Part shown: one piece after another, positions 11,401 through 19,174 of the stretch
Numbering within the stretch: the first letter of the stretch is position 1
How the letters are laid out: the number at the start of each line of letters is the position of its first letter
DNA from: Candidatus Poribacteria bacterium
Lineage (GTDB): Bacteria; Poribacteria; WGA-4E; WGA-3G
Length of the DNA: 64,000 nt
Direction: 5' to 3'
Assembly (NCBI GenBank): GCA_965197475.1
Contig: CBDANF010000003.1
Span: forward strand, 4,032,001 to 4,096,000
Program-made: the position numbers and the translations under genes
The notes under the pieces: generated by a model
Told to the model about the DNA's origin: nothing
What the model saw: the letters and a program-made list of their open reading frames with translations, nothing else
The model's database searches: none

Positions 11401-12371
11401 TCGTTCTTGGCACGTGTGCAGCAAAGGCACTCAAACTCCTAAAACATGCCCGCATCACGGGTAACAGTGCTTCGCTGGAAGCAGGCAAGAAAGCACTCTC
11501 TTTCATGGATCGTTTTTCCGTGCCGCGAGGCGCACAAGCGTGGGAATGTCCACTATATGAGCCGGATATCCTCGCTGCCGCACATGCAATCGGTGTCTAT
11601 GTGGAAGCACATGAAGTTATCGGTAATAAATCATATCTAAAACGTGCTGAATATTGGGCAGAGACGGGGCTGCCATTCTTATATCATTGGCATCTCGCTG
11701 ACCGACCCGGCATGCAGTTCGCTTCCATACCGGTTTTCGGAACAACCTTTTATACCCATTCTTGGCTTGGTGTGCCGGTACAGTGGAACGGTTTGGTATA
11801 TGCCTACTATTTGCAAAGACTGAATCAACATACACGGGACGAAAGATGGCGGAAAATTGCTGAAGGCATTACAATAAGTGCAATGTATCAGCAGTGGACG
11901 GATGGTGAACTGAAAGGCACGTATCCTGATGGATTTTACGGGTTCTGCACCGAAGGTAAAGGTCCACATCTCAATCCTGAAGATATTATGGCCAATGTCT
12001 ATATGCTCCGTGGACTTGACCCAGGCGTTAAGACTGCAATCTCAGGTTCAATCCATTTGAGTTCTGGTGCGAATCCCGAATCTGTTACCATATCCCGGAA
12101 TGGTGAATTAAAATGGACTCTTAACTATGCGGAAAATGAAATAAGCCACACCCTGATTACCGGTTATGAACAAGCCCCTTCCCTCATGCGTGCGCAAATC
12201 GCAGAGAGTGGTGGCGATAAAGATGATGCTCCTTTTGATATTCCTCAAGTTGATTCCTTAGAAGAGGTCACATCTGGATGGCGTTATCTTGAAGAAAAAG
12301 ACGCAATCCTGATTAAACAGATTCATACTACTACAGAGATGCAGTTTCAACTTCTTAAAAAGGTTGAATAA
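8484..12371 (+). CDS. Large protein with an acidic low-complexity N-terminus, a CARDB/Ig-like segment and a probable alpha/alpha-toroid glycosidase-like C-terminus
   Basis: 1295-aa ORF with GAGGAG RBS. First ~165 aa are E/P/T/S rich. VQCTIKNVG...IAPGDTSTFVW is Ig-like. Helical repeats QAEDGSW and YLKRAEYWA. Confidence 0.55.
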   Translation: MLTFFQHFLIGKMEEETHNDEEVVDQEQPESEHQHETPNPDSPEPVEEMAGEETSDDAQPESDSDASSEEAETPHSEETPEPQETSEVEGTPEVEMMPETEDMSEADHTSESEDTPAEDMQSEVEVMSETEQASEEDKKPETEEAPGEEAAPEVDETPAPTEPQIPYSLGENEELFDFVAMFEESQHSGAEHISASMADSAGGVTKPALFEHPSSTGSARIVYELDLPSVEDNENLCLYFSIGLRDGVVFDDPQRQPGGVKFSIEISSEQCFESVSTECNWTQNGIDLTRSAGEKVELVFITQCNVEGNSSFAWALWGQPKLLKLTRTEAASTKKGAKDPQALPSEIQCGLAIAKLPEDRTALFEFNRDGFTPAHEIAAEIYNQLDIEPIDLVLYAAQPKLEIVSVGPTAAVVGTGEAFEVQCTIKNVGAGPLGKDSKTRLSISDLKLRRGRSAHNVKTIAPGDTSTFVWYARGVPHQTDLNFSVSLKSHTPKVGERMKGVVHICPALPKLETQVVPELHTYMHGEHVVLGNKNLRIVFVHSSEQSKSNNRKSNKGISSQIKTEVGFEYYAIFVAKGSSYQQVATSKMIAEATYLSDDVIHNLNFVPNDVQLAGNSLGESIVHLTSEHKDSDEVTWTLQLQLILTEDAKRIKTTYRLTTDRERELLAFRGTEIYAGHKSSREKKTAALFPGLEFLEGGEPSSNTRDAAPPLNNRLVPHPYKITVPVMVVEIQKSVVGIAWNPLQSWDGEAQNVSAVFASPNWHHQERNHLMGLFLPTVLEWVQENTLVAETAYQLTPERPVTMDCEIIADGNASILDGIAHWTDAYGTPERLEPPRNDEEEIMLSRHGFMHTVWDEETRQSRHCVDWASHNEPGFATLLWYDYLVTKSEDVKGRVKEIAEKTIADVGASGLAARGSCHILSGEFPFYFGHLDAALGYYEAEVQPIIESQAEDGSWGFNPTSEKTQNLGKAGDVVLGTCAAKALKLLKHARITGNSASLEAGKKALSFMDRFSVPRGAQAWECPLYEPDILAAAHAIGVYVEAHEVIGNKSYLKRAEYWAETGLPFLYHWHLADRPGMQFASIPVFGTTFYTHSWLGVPVQWNGLVYAYYLQRLNQHTRDERWRKIAEGITISAMYQQWTDGELKGTYPDGFYGFCTEGKGPHLNPEDIMANVYMLRGLDPGVKTAISGSIHLSSGANPESVTISRNGELKWTLNYAENEISHTLITGYEQAPSLMRAQIAESGGDKDDAPFDIPQVDSLEEVTSGWRYLEEKDAILIKQIHTTTEMQFQLLKKVE

Positions 12372-12500
12372 ATTACCAAAATTTCGTAAAGTGTATAAAG
12401 TTGTATAAATTTAGAATAGAAATGAAATCTATCGTTCTTACAAACTTTTGCACATTTTCAAACTTTTGTAACGGGGCGTTTTGTCCCAATTGGAGGAACC

Positions 12501-12842
12501 ATGAAAGCGCAAAGAATCGTATCAACAACATTCTGCTTAGTTATGGTGTCACTGTGCGTCTTCGCTATATTTTCAACGCAGGTTAGTGCACAGGATGATG
12601 GTGCTGCGGCAGAAAATATCTCAATGTTTAATTGGCAGATGATTGCACGAGATATTATTTTAGTGGCAGTCTTTAGCATTGTTGGCTTAATCATTTTAAT
12701 GATCGGATATAAGGTCTTTGATATGGCAACGCCGTATGACCTCAACCGGCAAATTGCTGAAGAGAATAACACTGCTGCGGGTATTGCCGTTGCAGGTGTC
12801 CTTGTTTCACTCGGTATTATCGTTGCGGCTGCTATGGGGTAA
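12501..12842 (+). CDS. DUF350 family membrane protein
   Basis: FDMATPYDLNRQIAEENNTAAGIAVAG signature; GGAGG RBS. Confidence 0.8.
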   Translation: MKAQRIVSTTFCLVMVSLCVFAIFSTQVSAQDDGAAAENISMFNWQMIARDIILVAVFSIVGLIILMIGYKVFDMATPYDLNRQIAEENNTAAGIAVAGVLVSLGIIVAAAMG

Positions 12843-12877
12843 TTTACCCGTTATAGCTGCGATCTGACAATCATATT

Positions 12878-12901
12878 TAGGCGGGGTATGAGCTCCGCCT
12901 A
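12878..12901. terminator. Intergenic hairpin (terminator or REP-like)
   Basis: TAGGCGGGG-TATGAG-CTCCGCCTA stem-loop. Confidence 0.4.
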
Positions 12902-12925
12902 TTTCGGATTACGAAGGGGTATTTT

Positions 12926-13736
12926 ATGTATGAGACGCTTTATTGGTCGGAGCAGGATGTCAGTCCAGAGCAAATTCAGGAATGGGTTGAAACCTTCCAC
13001 CGTGACGGATGCCTATTCCTTGAAGATGTGTCGACTCCGCCACACTGTGCGGAACTTCGGCAGGATTTGGATTGGTCACTTGAAAATAATCCAAACGGTT
13101 TAAATGGTGGAAATCACGAATCAACGATGCACTTGTGTCATCGCATGTTTGAACATAGCAAGGCAAACCTGAGGTTATTTGACCTTGAACCAATTGCATC
13201 GTTTGCTGAAGCACTTGTAGCGAATAATTGCCACGTTATACACAATAACTCCTTTCAAACACGCCCCGGCGGTGGAATTACGAGCTGGCATCAAGACGAT
13301 GCACTACACTACATCGTCACAGAGGGGGAACCACCTACAAATGTCAAACTTCCAGTGCTACTCTTCACCGCAAATTACTACCTCACCGATGTCACCAAGA
13401 TTGAACATGGCGGAACAGAGGTTATTCCGGGTTCGCATCTTTTCGGTGCATCCCCTCCGAATCCGGTAGAAGGGACGGAGTGGGAAGAGAAAATCCGTTA
13501 CAACCTTGGCCAAGCGGGCAGCGTTGCTATGTTCAACAATCAGGTATGGGCACCGTGGCGGTCCGAATCGTAGCCAACGCACTCGATACATTACGCAGGT
13601 GACCTACGCGCGCCGACTTGTTGGTCATAAATACTATCCGTTTATGAATTACACAATGTCAGAATCGGTTTATCGGGACGCAAATCCGAGGTTACGCCGA
13701 TTGCTCGGGTTCCTCAACCATGGTGCTTACGGTTAG
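12926..13736 (+). pseudogene. PhyH-family dioxygenase with a +1 frameshift at the G run 13548-13550
   Basis: WHQD and IPGSH in the first frame. Removing one G gives QVWHRGGPNRSQRTR, which restores the third Fe ligand His and the 2OG Arg and reads to the stop at 13736. Confidence 0.8.
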
Positions 13737-13808
13737 GGACGCTATCCGTACCATAGATTTGATTCACCATAAGAGCACGGAATGTATCGATTCAGATTGG
13801 ATGTGAGA

Positions 13809-14852
13809 ATGAAAACAATTGCGTTTTCAGAACAAGGTGAAATTGACGTATTGCAGTATCAAGAGGTCGCCGTACCTACTCTTGGCCCCGAGGAAATCCT
13901 TGTCAAGGTTAAAGCGTGTGCTGTCAACTATCTTGATATCCACGCGCGGCGCAACCGCCCTGAGATAAAGCAGAAACTTGAAGAAACTGGCACACCCCAC
14001 ATTTTAGGATCTGACATTGCTGGTGAAATTGCCGAAATTTCTGGAACACATCCCGAACTCGCTATCGGAGACCGTGTGCTCCTTGCGCCATGTATTCCGT
14101 GCGGTATCTGTAACGACTGCATCAACGGTTATGAAAATCTATGTGACACACAGCAGCTGCTCGGATTCCAAACCGATGGCGGTTATGCCGAGTTCGTCAA
14201 AGCACCAACCAAAAATGCGATTCAGATAGCGAATACATTGTCTTTCGTTGAAGCATCAGCACTGCCGATTGCTTACCTGACAGCATGGCACATGCTCATC
14301 ACGCGTGCACAACTCCGCGCGGGAGATGATATATTGATACTGGGTGCTGGCGGAAATGTCGGAAGTGCGGGCTTACAAATCGCCAAACTTGTCGGGGCGC
14401 GCATCTTTGCGACAGCGAGTACGGATGAAAAATTAGCACGCGCCAAACAATTCGGTGCTGATGTTACCATTAATTATACTGATATTGATTTCTCAGAAGT
14501 AATACTTGAGGAGACAAACGGTCGTGGTGTTGATGTTGTTCTGGAACATGTAGGTGCTGCAACATGGGAACAGAGTATCAGTAGTCTCGCCAAAAACGGC
14601 AGGCTCGTGTCTTGCGGTGTAACAACGGGCAACATTGGGGAAATAAACATCCGAAAAATGTATCAAAAACAACTCACCATCATGGGGTCTGCGTTAGGCA
14701 CTCCGACTGAACTCCGAACCCTTGTCCGCCTTGCAGAACAGAGACGGTTAATCCCCATCATTGATCGAACACTACCTTTAGAGCAAGCGGCTAAAGCGCA
14801 CCAACTGCTGGAGTCGCGTAAGAACTTTGGAAAGGTATGTCTGCTTCCCTAA
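13809..14852 (+). CDS. Zinc-binding dehydrogenase / quinone oxidoreductase (MDR family)
   Basis: HILGSDIAG, structural Zn motif CGICNDC...C, GAGGNVG, FGKVCL. Confidence 0.85.
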   Translation: MKTIAFSEQGEIDVLQYQEVAVPTLGPEEILVKVKACAVNYLDIHARRNRPEIKQKLEETGTPHILGSDIAGEIAEISGTHPELAIGDRVLLAPCIPCGICNDCINGYENLCDTQQLLGFQTDGGYAEFVKAPTKNAIQIANTLSFVEASALPIAYLTAWHMLITRAQLRAGDDILILGAGGNVGSAGLQIAKLVGARIFATASTDEKLARAKQFGADVTINYTDIDFSEVILEETNGRGVDVVLEHVGAATWEQSISSLAKNGRLVSCGVTTGNIGEINIRKMYQKQLTIMGSALGTPTELRTLVRLAEQRRLIPIIDRTLPLEQAAKAHQLLESRKNFGKVCLLP

Positions 14853-14871
14853 AGTTTGGAAAATACGTGGA

Positions 14872-15765
14872 TTAGGATCCGAGAGGTCCCTGTGTATACA
14901 CAGCGTTCTCACCAAATTGCTCAATGAGCCATCCCCGCAACGGCACATCCTCATCAGTTGGGACATAGCGACCATTATTTCTCACAGCAGCACCAAGCAA
15001 TTGACGGCGGATCGGATCGCAGCGTTCATAGAGGTGTTCAACTGTCATATCGTCTTTAGGACGAATCCATCGGTACCCATAACCGTAAAAGAGAGCCTTC
15101 CGAGTCATCTCTGAGGTATTTGGGCTACGCGAGTGCCAAAGTCGCCTATCAAACAGTACTGCTGTCCCATGTTCCACACAGACCGACATTGCATCTTCGG
15201 GAATACCTGCTGCAGTCTTTTCGCGTGGGTCACGACTGATTTCCAATTCAGGCAGCGGCACATCCGAGAAATGGCTACCGGGACGAATGTAAAAGTTACC
15301 GCGACCGGGTTCGGAGACATCTGTGAGGAAATATGCGACTTTCAAGGATAAGCGGGGACGCGGGTGTGTCTCCATCTCAATATTGACGCGACCGCTATCT
15401 TGATGCCATTCCAACCATCCGTCACCCTCTTGTGCATCTTGCGGGGCAGGTGGTTTAACGTGCATGTGTGCGTGGTAGAGATAGATATTCCATCCCAGAA
15501 TACCCCACACTTTAGGTAGCGTTGTCGGTAGGTCAACAAGGTCTAAAAAAGCATCGTCTACCTCTAAGAAATTTGACATACCCCAGTGATTGTCCGGTTT
15601 TGCCTTGCCAGTTGCAAGCACATCGCTATGAAGTTTATCTATAGCGTTCGTAAGATGTTCCACCATCTCCGATGATAGCGCGTTCGACACGTAAAGGTAT
15701 CCCTGTTCTTCGAAATGATTTCGCTCTTCTTCTGTTAATAAGTGAGAAAGGCATTCTTCGTTCAT
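14872..15765 (-). CDS. PhyH-family dioxygenase (intact)
   Basis: WHQD, RPGSH, FDRRLWH...R. The AAGGAG RBS favours the ATG at 15765. Confidence 0.85.
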   Translation of the reverse strand: MNEECLSHLLTEEERNHFEEQGYLYVSNALSSEMVEHLTNAIDKLHSDVLATGKAKPDNHWGMSNFLEVDDAFLDLVDLPTTLPKVWGILGWNIYLYHAHMHVKPPAPQDAQEGDGWLEWHQDSGRVNIEMETHPRPRLSLKVAYFLTDVSEPGRGNFYIRPGSHFSDVPLPELEISRDPREKTAAGIPEDAMSVCVEHGTAVLFDRRLWHSRSPNTSEMTRKALFYGYGYRWIRPKDDMTVEHLYERCDPIRRQLLGAAVRNNGRYVPTDEDVPLRGWLIEQFGENAVYTQGPLGS

Positions 15766-15786
15766 AATTAGCACTCCTTGTCCTGA

Positions 15787-16590
15787 TTACCTTTTGTCGC
15801 TTTCTCTAAGATGTTTTTGTAATTCTACAAGATACTCTTCTATCGGTGTTGCGTTCCAGTTTGGCAGGAGTTTATCGGGTCTCGCTACAAGACTTTCTCG
15901 GATAGGACATTCATTCACAATTGTAGGTTTCGGGTGCTTGTATTTTTTTCCGTGTTGGTACAACTGATCAACTAATGTTGCTATATTCGTCGGCTGCGCA
16001 GTACCGATATCAAATACACCATGTTCCCAATCATTCACTACGCGTTGTACCGCGTTAGCAACATTAGACACATGAACAAAATCACGGAGACATCCTTTAT
16101 ATGCCCTCTCCAGTTTCCCTGTCAAAATCTTGAATACAATACTTGGACTCTCTTTTCCGAACTCGTCATAATCCCAAATATTGAAAGGTCGCAGGATACA
16201 TAGATTCATTCTGGTAACAGTTTGGGAGATATAAAACTCAGCACAGTGTTTGCTCCATCCATAAGGAACATCAGGATCAATCGCTGCTGCCGACGAAATA
16301 AAGATCAATTTTGTATTGGTCTGTTCGCAGTAATCCGCAAATTCTGTGCTGGCTCTGTAGTTGAGTTGCCAAAGTAAGTTGTCTGTTACTTGAGAATTGC
16401 TGATAGCACCGCTGTGAACTACTAAATCAAATTTAACGCCATCACACTTCAATTCCCGAAACATGTCAACAAACACACTATATTTGGAATCGCAATCAAG
16501 TCCGTAAACGTCATGTTCGTCATTGAATTTGAGTATCTTATGGATGTGTCTGCCGAGGAAACCCTTATGTCCTGTTAGAAGAATTCTCAT
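15787..16590 (-). CDS. NAD-dependent epimerase/dehydratase (extended SDR, ADP-heptose 6-epimerase-like)
   Basis: ILLTGHKGFLG, SSAA, YGWSK, RDFVHV; AAAGGAG RBS; AT-richer than neighbours. Confidence 0.75.
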   Translation of the reverse strand: MRILLTGHKGFLGRHIHKILKFNDEHDVYGLDCDSKYSVFVDMFRELKCDGVKFDLVVHSGAISNSQVTDNLLWQLNYRASTEFADYCEQTNTKLIFISSAAAIDPDVPYGWSKHCAEFYISQTVTRMNLCILRPFNIWDYDEFGKESPSIVFKILTGKLERAYKGCLRDFVHVSNVANAVQRVVNDWEHGVFDIGTAQPTNIATLVDQLYQHGKKYKHPKPTIVNECPIRESLVARPDKLLPNWNATPIEEYLVELQKHLRESDKR

Positions 16591-16755
16591 AACGTTTTAC
16601 TCCTTTAGATAGTCTGTATAGTGTTTAAATAGCACATGACACTGTGGGATATGGTATCACATCAATACGCTGCTAACCTGGATATAACTGTGCATGACAC
16701 CGTTTACATCCACAGGATGTGGGTTGAATCGCACGCAGAGCAATATACCAATAAT

Positions 16756-16906
16756 TATGAAGTTTATTGACAACATTCGTTAGATGCTCCACCATCTCTG
16801 ATGATAGCGCATTCGGCACGTAAAGGTATCCCTGTTCTTCAAAATGATTTCGCTCTTCTTCTGTTAATAAATGAGATAGACATTCTCCGTTCATAATTAG
16901 CACTCC
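16756..16906 (-). repeat. 151-bp truncated copy of the phyH 5' end including the RBS (matches 15627-15777)
   Basis: Ungapped alignment by eye, about 15 mismatches in 151 bp. Explains ORF 16673-16903. Confidence 0.9.
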
Positions 16907-17012
16907 ACATCCCTAATTTTTACAACGACTTTTGTATCTGAATCTTCTTTAGCATAATTTATTTGTCCATACTTAACCATATATGAAATAATATAGAGTA
17001 TATCCATCTCTT

Positions 17013-17042
17013 ATTATATCTTATAACATACTGATATGTCAA
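17013..17042 (-). promoter_or_regulatory. Sigma70-type promoter facing the phyH fragment, epimerase and phyH
   Basis: Minus strand TTGACA, 18 bp, TATAAT. Confidence 0.6.
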
Positions 17043-17061
17043 AAAGAACACATAATTTTGC

Positions 17062-17090
17062 TTGACAAACTATAAAAATAAAGGTACAAT
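17062..17090 (+). promoter_or_regulatory. Sigma70-type promoter, probably giving a leaderless transcript
   Basis: TTGACA, 17 bp, TACAAT; the ATG at 17097 follows 6 nt later with no RBS. Confidence 0.65.
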
Positions 17091-17096
17091 TGTGAT

Positions 17097-17516
17097 ATGG
17101 AAAATCAAAGTGAATACGTATCGTTAGTCCGAATCCGAAAAAATTGGTTTTATGTATTCATTGTTACGTTTTCAACCCTAATCATTATCAGCACTATTCT
17201 TGACTTAACACTTGATTGGTACATAAAAGATCTAGGCGATACAATACTAACACGAACCGCAGTCCTTATGACGTTAATAATAGGCTGGTTCTTTATAATA
17301 TCTAACATTTGGGAGGGCATCATGTACGGATGGGCAAAAATATACAAAGACAAAATTAGAGAAGAAGCTAAGGATGAAGTATTATCTGTATTAGAAAATG
17401 CTATAAGTGAAGGTATACCGGTTGAAACAATACTTACTGAACTTCGCAACAATAAAGCTGTTCCTCTCACAAGAGAAACTAAAAATCCAAACCAATTAGA
17501 CTCTGCAATAAAGTAA
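17097..17516 (+). CDS. Hypothetical membrane protein with two TM helices
   Basis: 139 aa, two hydrophobic stretches then a charged helix; very AT-rich; has its own promoter. Confidence 0.6.
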   Translation: MENQSEYVSLVRIRKNWFYVFIVTFSTLIIISTILDLTLDWYIKDLGDTILTRTAVLMTLIIGWFFIISNIWEGIMYGWAKIYKDKIREEAKDEVLSVLENAISEGIPVETILTELRNNKAVPLTRETKNPNQLDSAIK

Positions 17517-17555
17517 ATTGTAGTCAAGGCAGAAAGGGTACGGTTATCCTCATTG

Positions 17556-17639
17556 AAAGGTATCCCTGTTTTCAAAATGGTTTCGCTCTTCTTCTGTTAA
17601 TAAATGAGATAGACATTCTCCGTTCATAATTCGTGCTCC
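17556..17639 (-). repeat. 84-bp truncated copy of the phyH 5' end including the RBS
   Basis: AAAGGTATCCCTGTT...AATGAGATAGACATTCTCCGTTCATAATT matches the 16756-16906 copy, with a 1-bp deletion. Confidence 0.85.
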
Positions 17640-17684
17640 GTAGATTTTATATTATCCGATAAACATATTTGCAAACCTTAGGAC

Positions 17685-19154
17685 CTAACAACCTTGTAAC
17701 AATGCGCCTATCAGTCCAAGAATACTGAAGATGATAATTTGTAAAAGGCATCCGGTTCCACCTCTTGGCCATCCTTGTTTAATCATAATTAATTCTGCGG
17801 TATCATCAACTAATTGCTTGTTTATCTTATCCATCCCAGGTACACCATCCTTAAAGAGTAGAGTGAGTGAAAATGTTATCTGAATGGCGAATTCAAGTTT
17901 TTGATGTTCATTCCAAAGATGAAGGGCAATGTTTCTCACAACAATTGCTACTGTGCTATTTGCCTCAATAGGTTGTGTAGAGGTATCCCATGTTTTGACA
18001 GTTTGTATGAGTTGGTTGACCATAGGAGTTAAAGTATAATCAGGTTTTTTGGCATCTGCTGCTTCCTTAAGCTTTTCAACTTGTGTGCTAATTTCTTTAA
18101 ATTTTTTTACCCCAGTAACAAAAGGTATTTGTTCCTTTAATAGCTTTAAATCTCTATCAATCCCTTCAACAATTTCGGGCACTTCTGCAAATACTTCCTT
18201 GATCATATTTAGGATTTTCCAGGAGAATTCAAACTTACCATACTCATTAATTGGATCATCACTAAATATTTTGAATAGGTCAGCACCCAATATTCTGAGG
18301 TGACTTGCAATTTCAAAGCTGGCGGCATGTCGTTCACCTCTACTTCTTTTACTCAGTTGGATCGGTTGTGCAATGGTGTCCCAATCTTTAACGGCTTCAA
18401 TTAGTTGATTCACAATCGGTTGCAGCGTAGTATCTGGATTTTTTGCATCTGCCATTGATCGAAGTTTTTTGTCTTGTGCTTCAATTATTTTCTGTTTTTT
18501 TTCTAAATCATTCCCGACCTCAACTTCATACGACTGAATTAAGTCATCAATCAATATAGGATATCGGTTGTTATCATTGCCTATTACTGTCTCAAGTGTT
18601 AAAGTTAATATTCTTGCACGTTCAGCTACGGATAGATTGTTGATTACAAAGGAGAGTGTTTGACTATAATAACGTCTTTGGTTTTGAATTTCGGCAGTTA
18701 TCACTGATAAATCCGCAATTTGGGGAAAGCCCGATAAATTGCGTTCTTCGTTAAGTGTTCCCCTAACTTCTTCAGGATCAATTCTTTCATAAGCGTGAGA
18801 AATTGCAAGAATCCACTCTACAATGTTTGCAGAAGCAATATTTGTAAGACGTGACAATCCAGCCGTAAAGACATTAGCACTTGCAATCGATGACAGTCCT
18901 ATAATGTTGAGTAGGTATTGACTTGGAGAAACTAACTGCTTTAACACTGATTCTATATGTTCTGGATTAACTCCGGGCAGCCACGCTACTTCAGCTGAAA
19001 TACGGTTACGCGGGTTAATCAGCACTGCACGTGCAGCAGCACATTTATTTGGATCTGATAACAGACTCTGTTCCTCCGCGAGTTCCATTATTCTTTGGCG
19101 GTTATCTCGCGGCGTGGCACCTAAAATATGAAAAGGATTTTTTAATAGATCCAA
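17685..19154 (-). CDS. Hsp70-associated protein with a degenerate J-like N-terminus, a repeated helical segment and a C-terminal TM helix
   Basis: NPFHILGATPRD...ARAVLINPRNRI resembles J-domain helices I and III with no HPD. Internal repeat ADAKNPDTTLQPIVNQLI / ADAKKPDYTLTPMVNQLI. Hydrophobic tail. TTG start after GGAG. Confidence 0.55.
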   Translation of the reverse strand: MDLLKNPFHILGATPRDNRQRIMELAEEQSLLSDPNKCAAARAVLINPRNRISAEVAWLPGVNPEHIESVLKQLVSPSQYLLNIIGLSSIASANVFTAGLSRLTNIASANIVEWILAISHAYERIDPEEVRGTLNEERNLSGFPQIADLSVITAEIQNQRRYYSQTLSFVINNLSVAERARILTLTLETVIGNDNNRYPILIDDLIQSYEVEVGNDLEKKQKIIEAQDKKLRSMADAKNPDTTLQPIVNQLIEAVKDWDTIAQPIQLSKRSRGERHAASFEIASHLRILGADLFKIFSDDPINEYGKFEFSWKILNMIKEVFAEVPEIVEGIDRDLKLLKEQIPFVTGVKKFKEISTQVEKLKEAADAKKPDYTLTPMVNQLIQTVKTWDTSTQPIEANSTVAIVVRNIALHLWNEHQKLEFAIQITFSLTLLFKDGVPGMDKINKQLVDDTAELIMIKQGWPRGGTGCLLQIIIFSILGLIGALLQGC

Positions 19155-19174
19155 ACCTGCTCCAGTAATCGAGG

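Noticed and set aside
16673-16903. 76-aa ORF as a real gene
   Set aside because: It is a phyH 5' stub reading into unrelated sequence and lacks the catalytic residues.
17150-17575. 141-aa minus-strand ORF
   Set aside because: Antisense shadow of 17097-17516 that starts inside the frameshifted phyH stub; the plus gene has the promoter.
15627-17639. Integron attC array or prophage att sites
   Set aside because: The repeats are coding 5' ends of unequal length, not palindromic attC sites, and no tyrosine or serine recombinase is present in the window.
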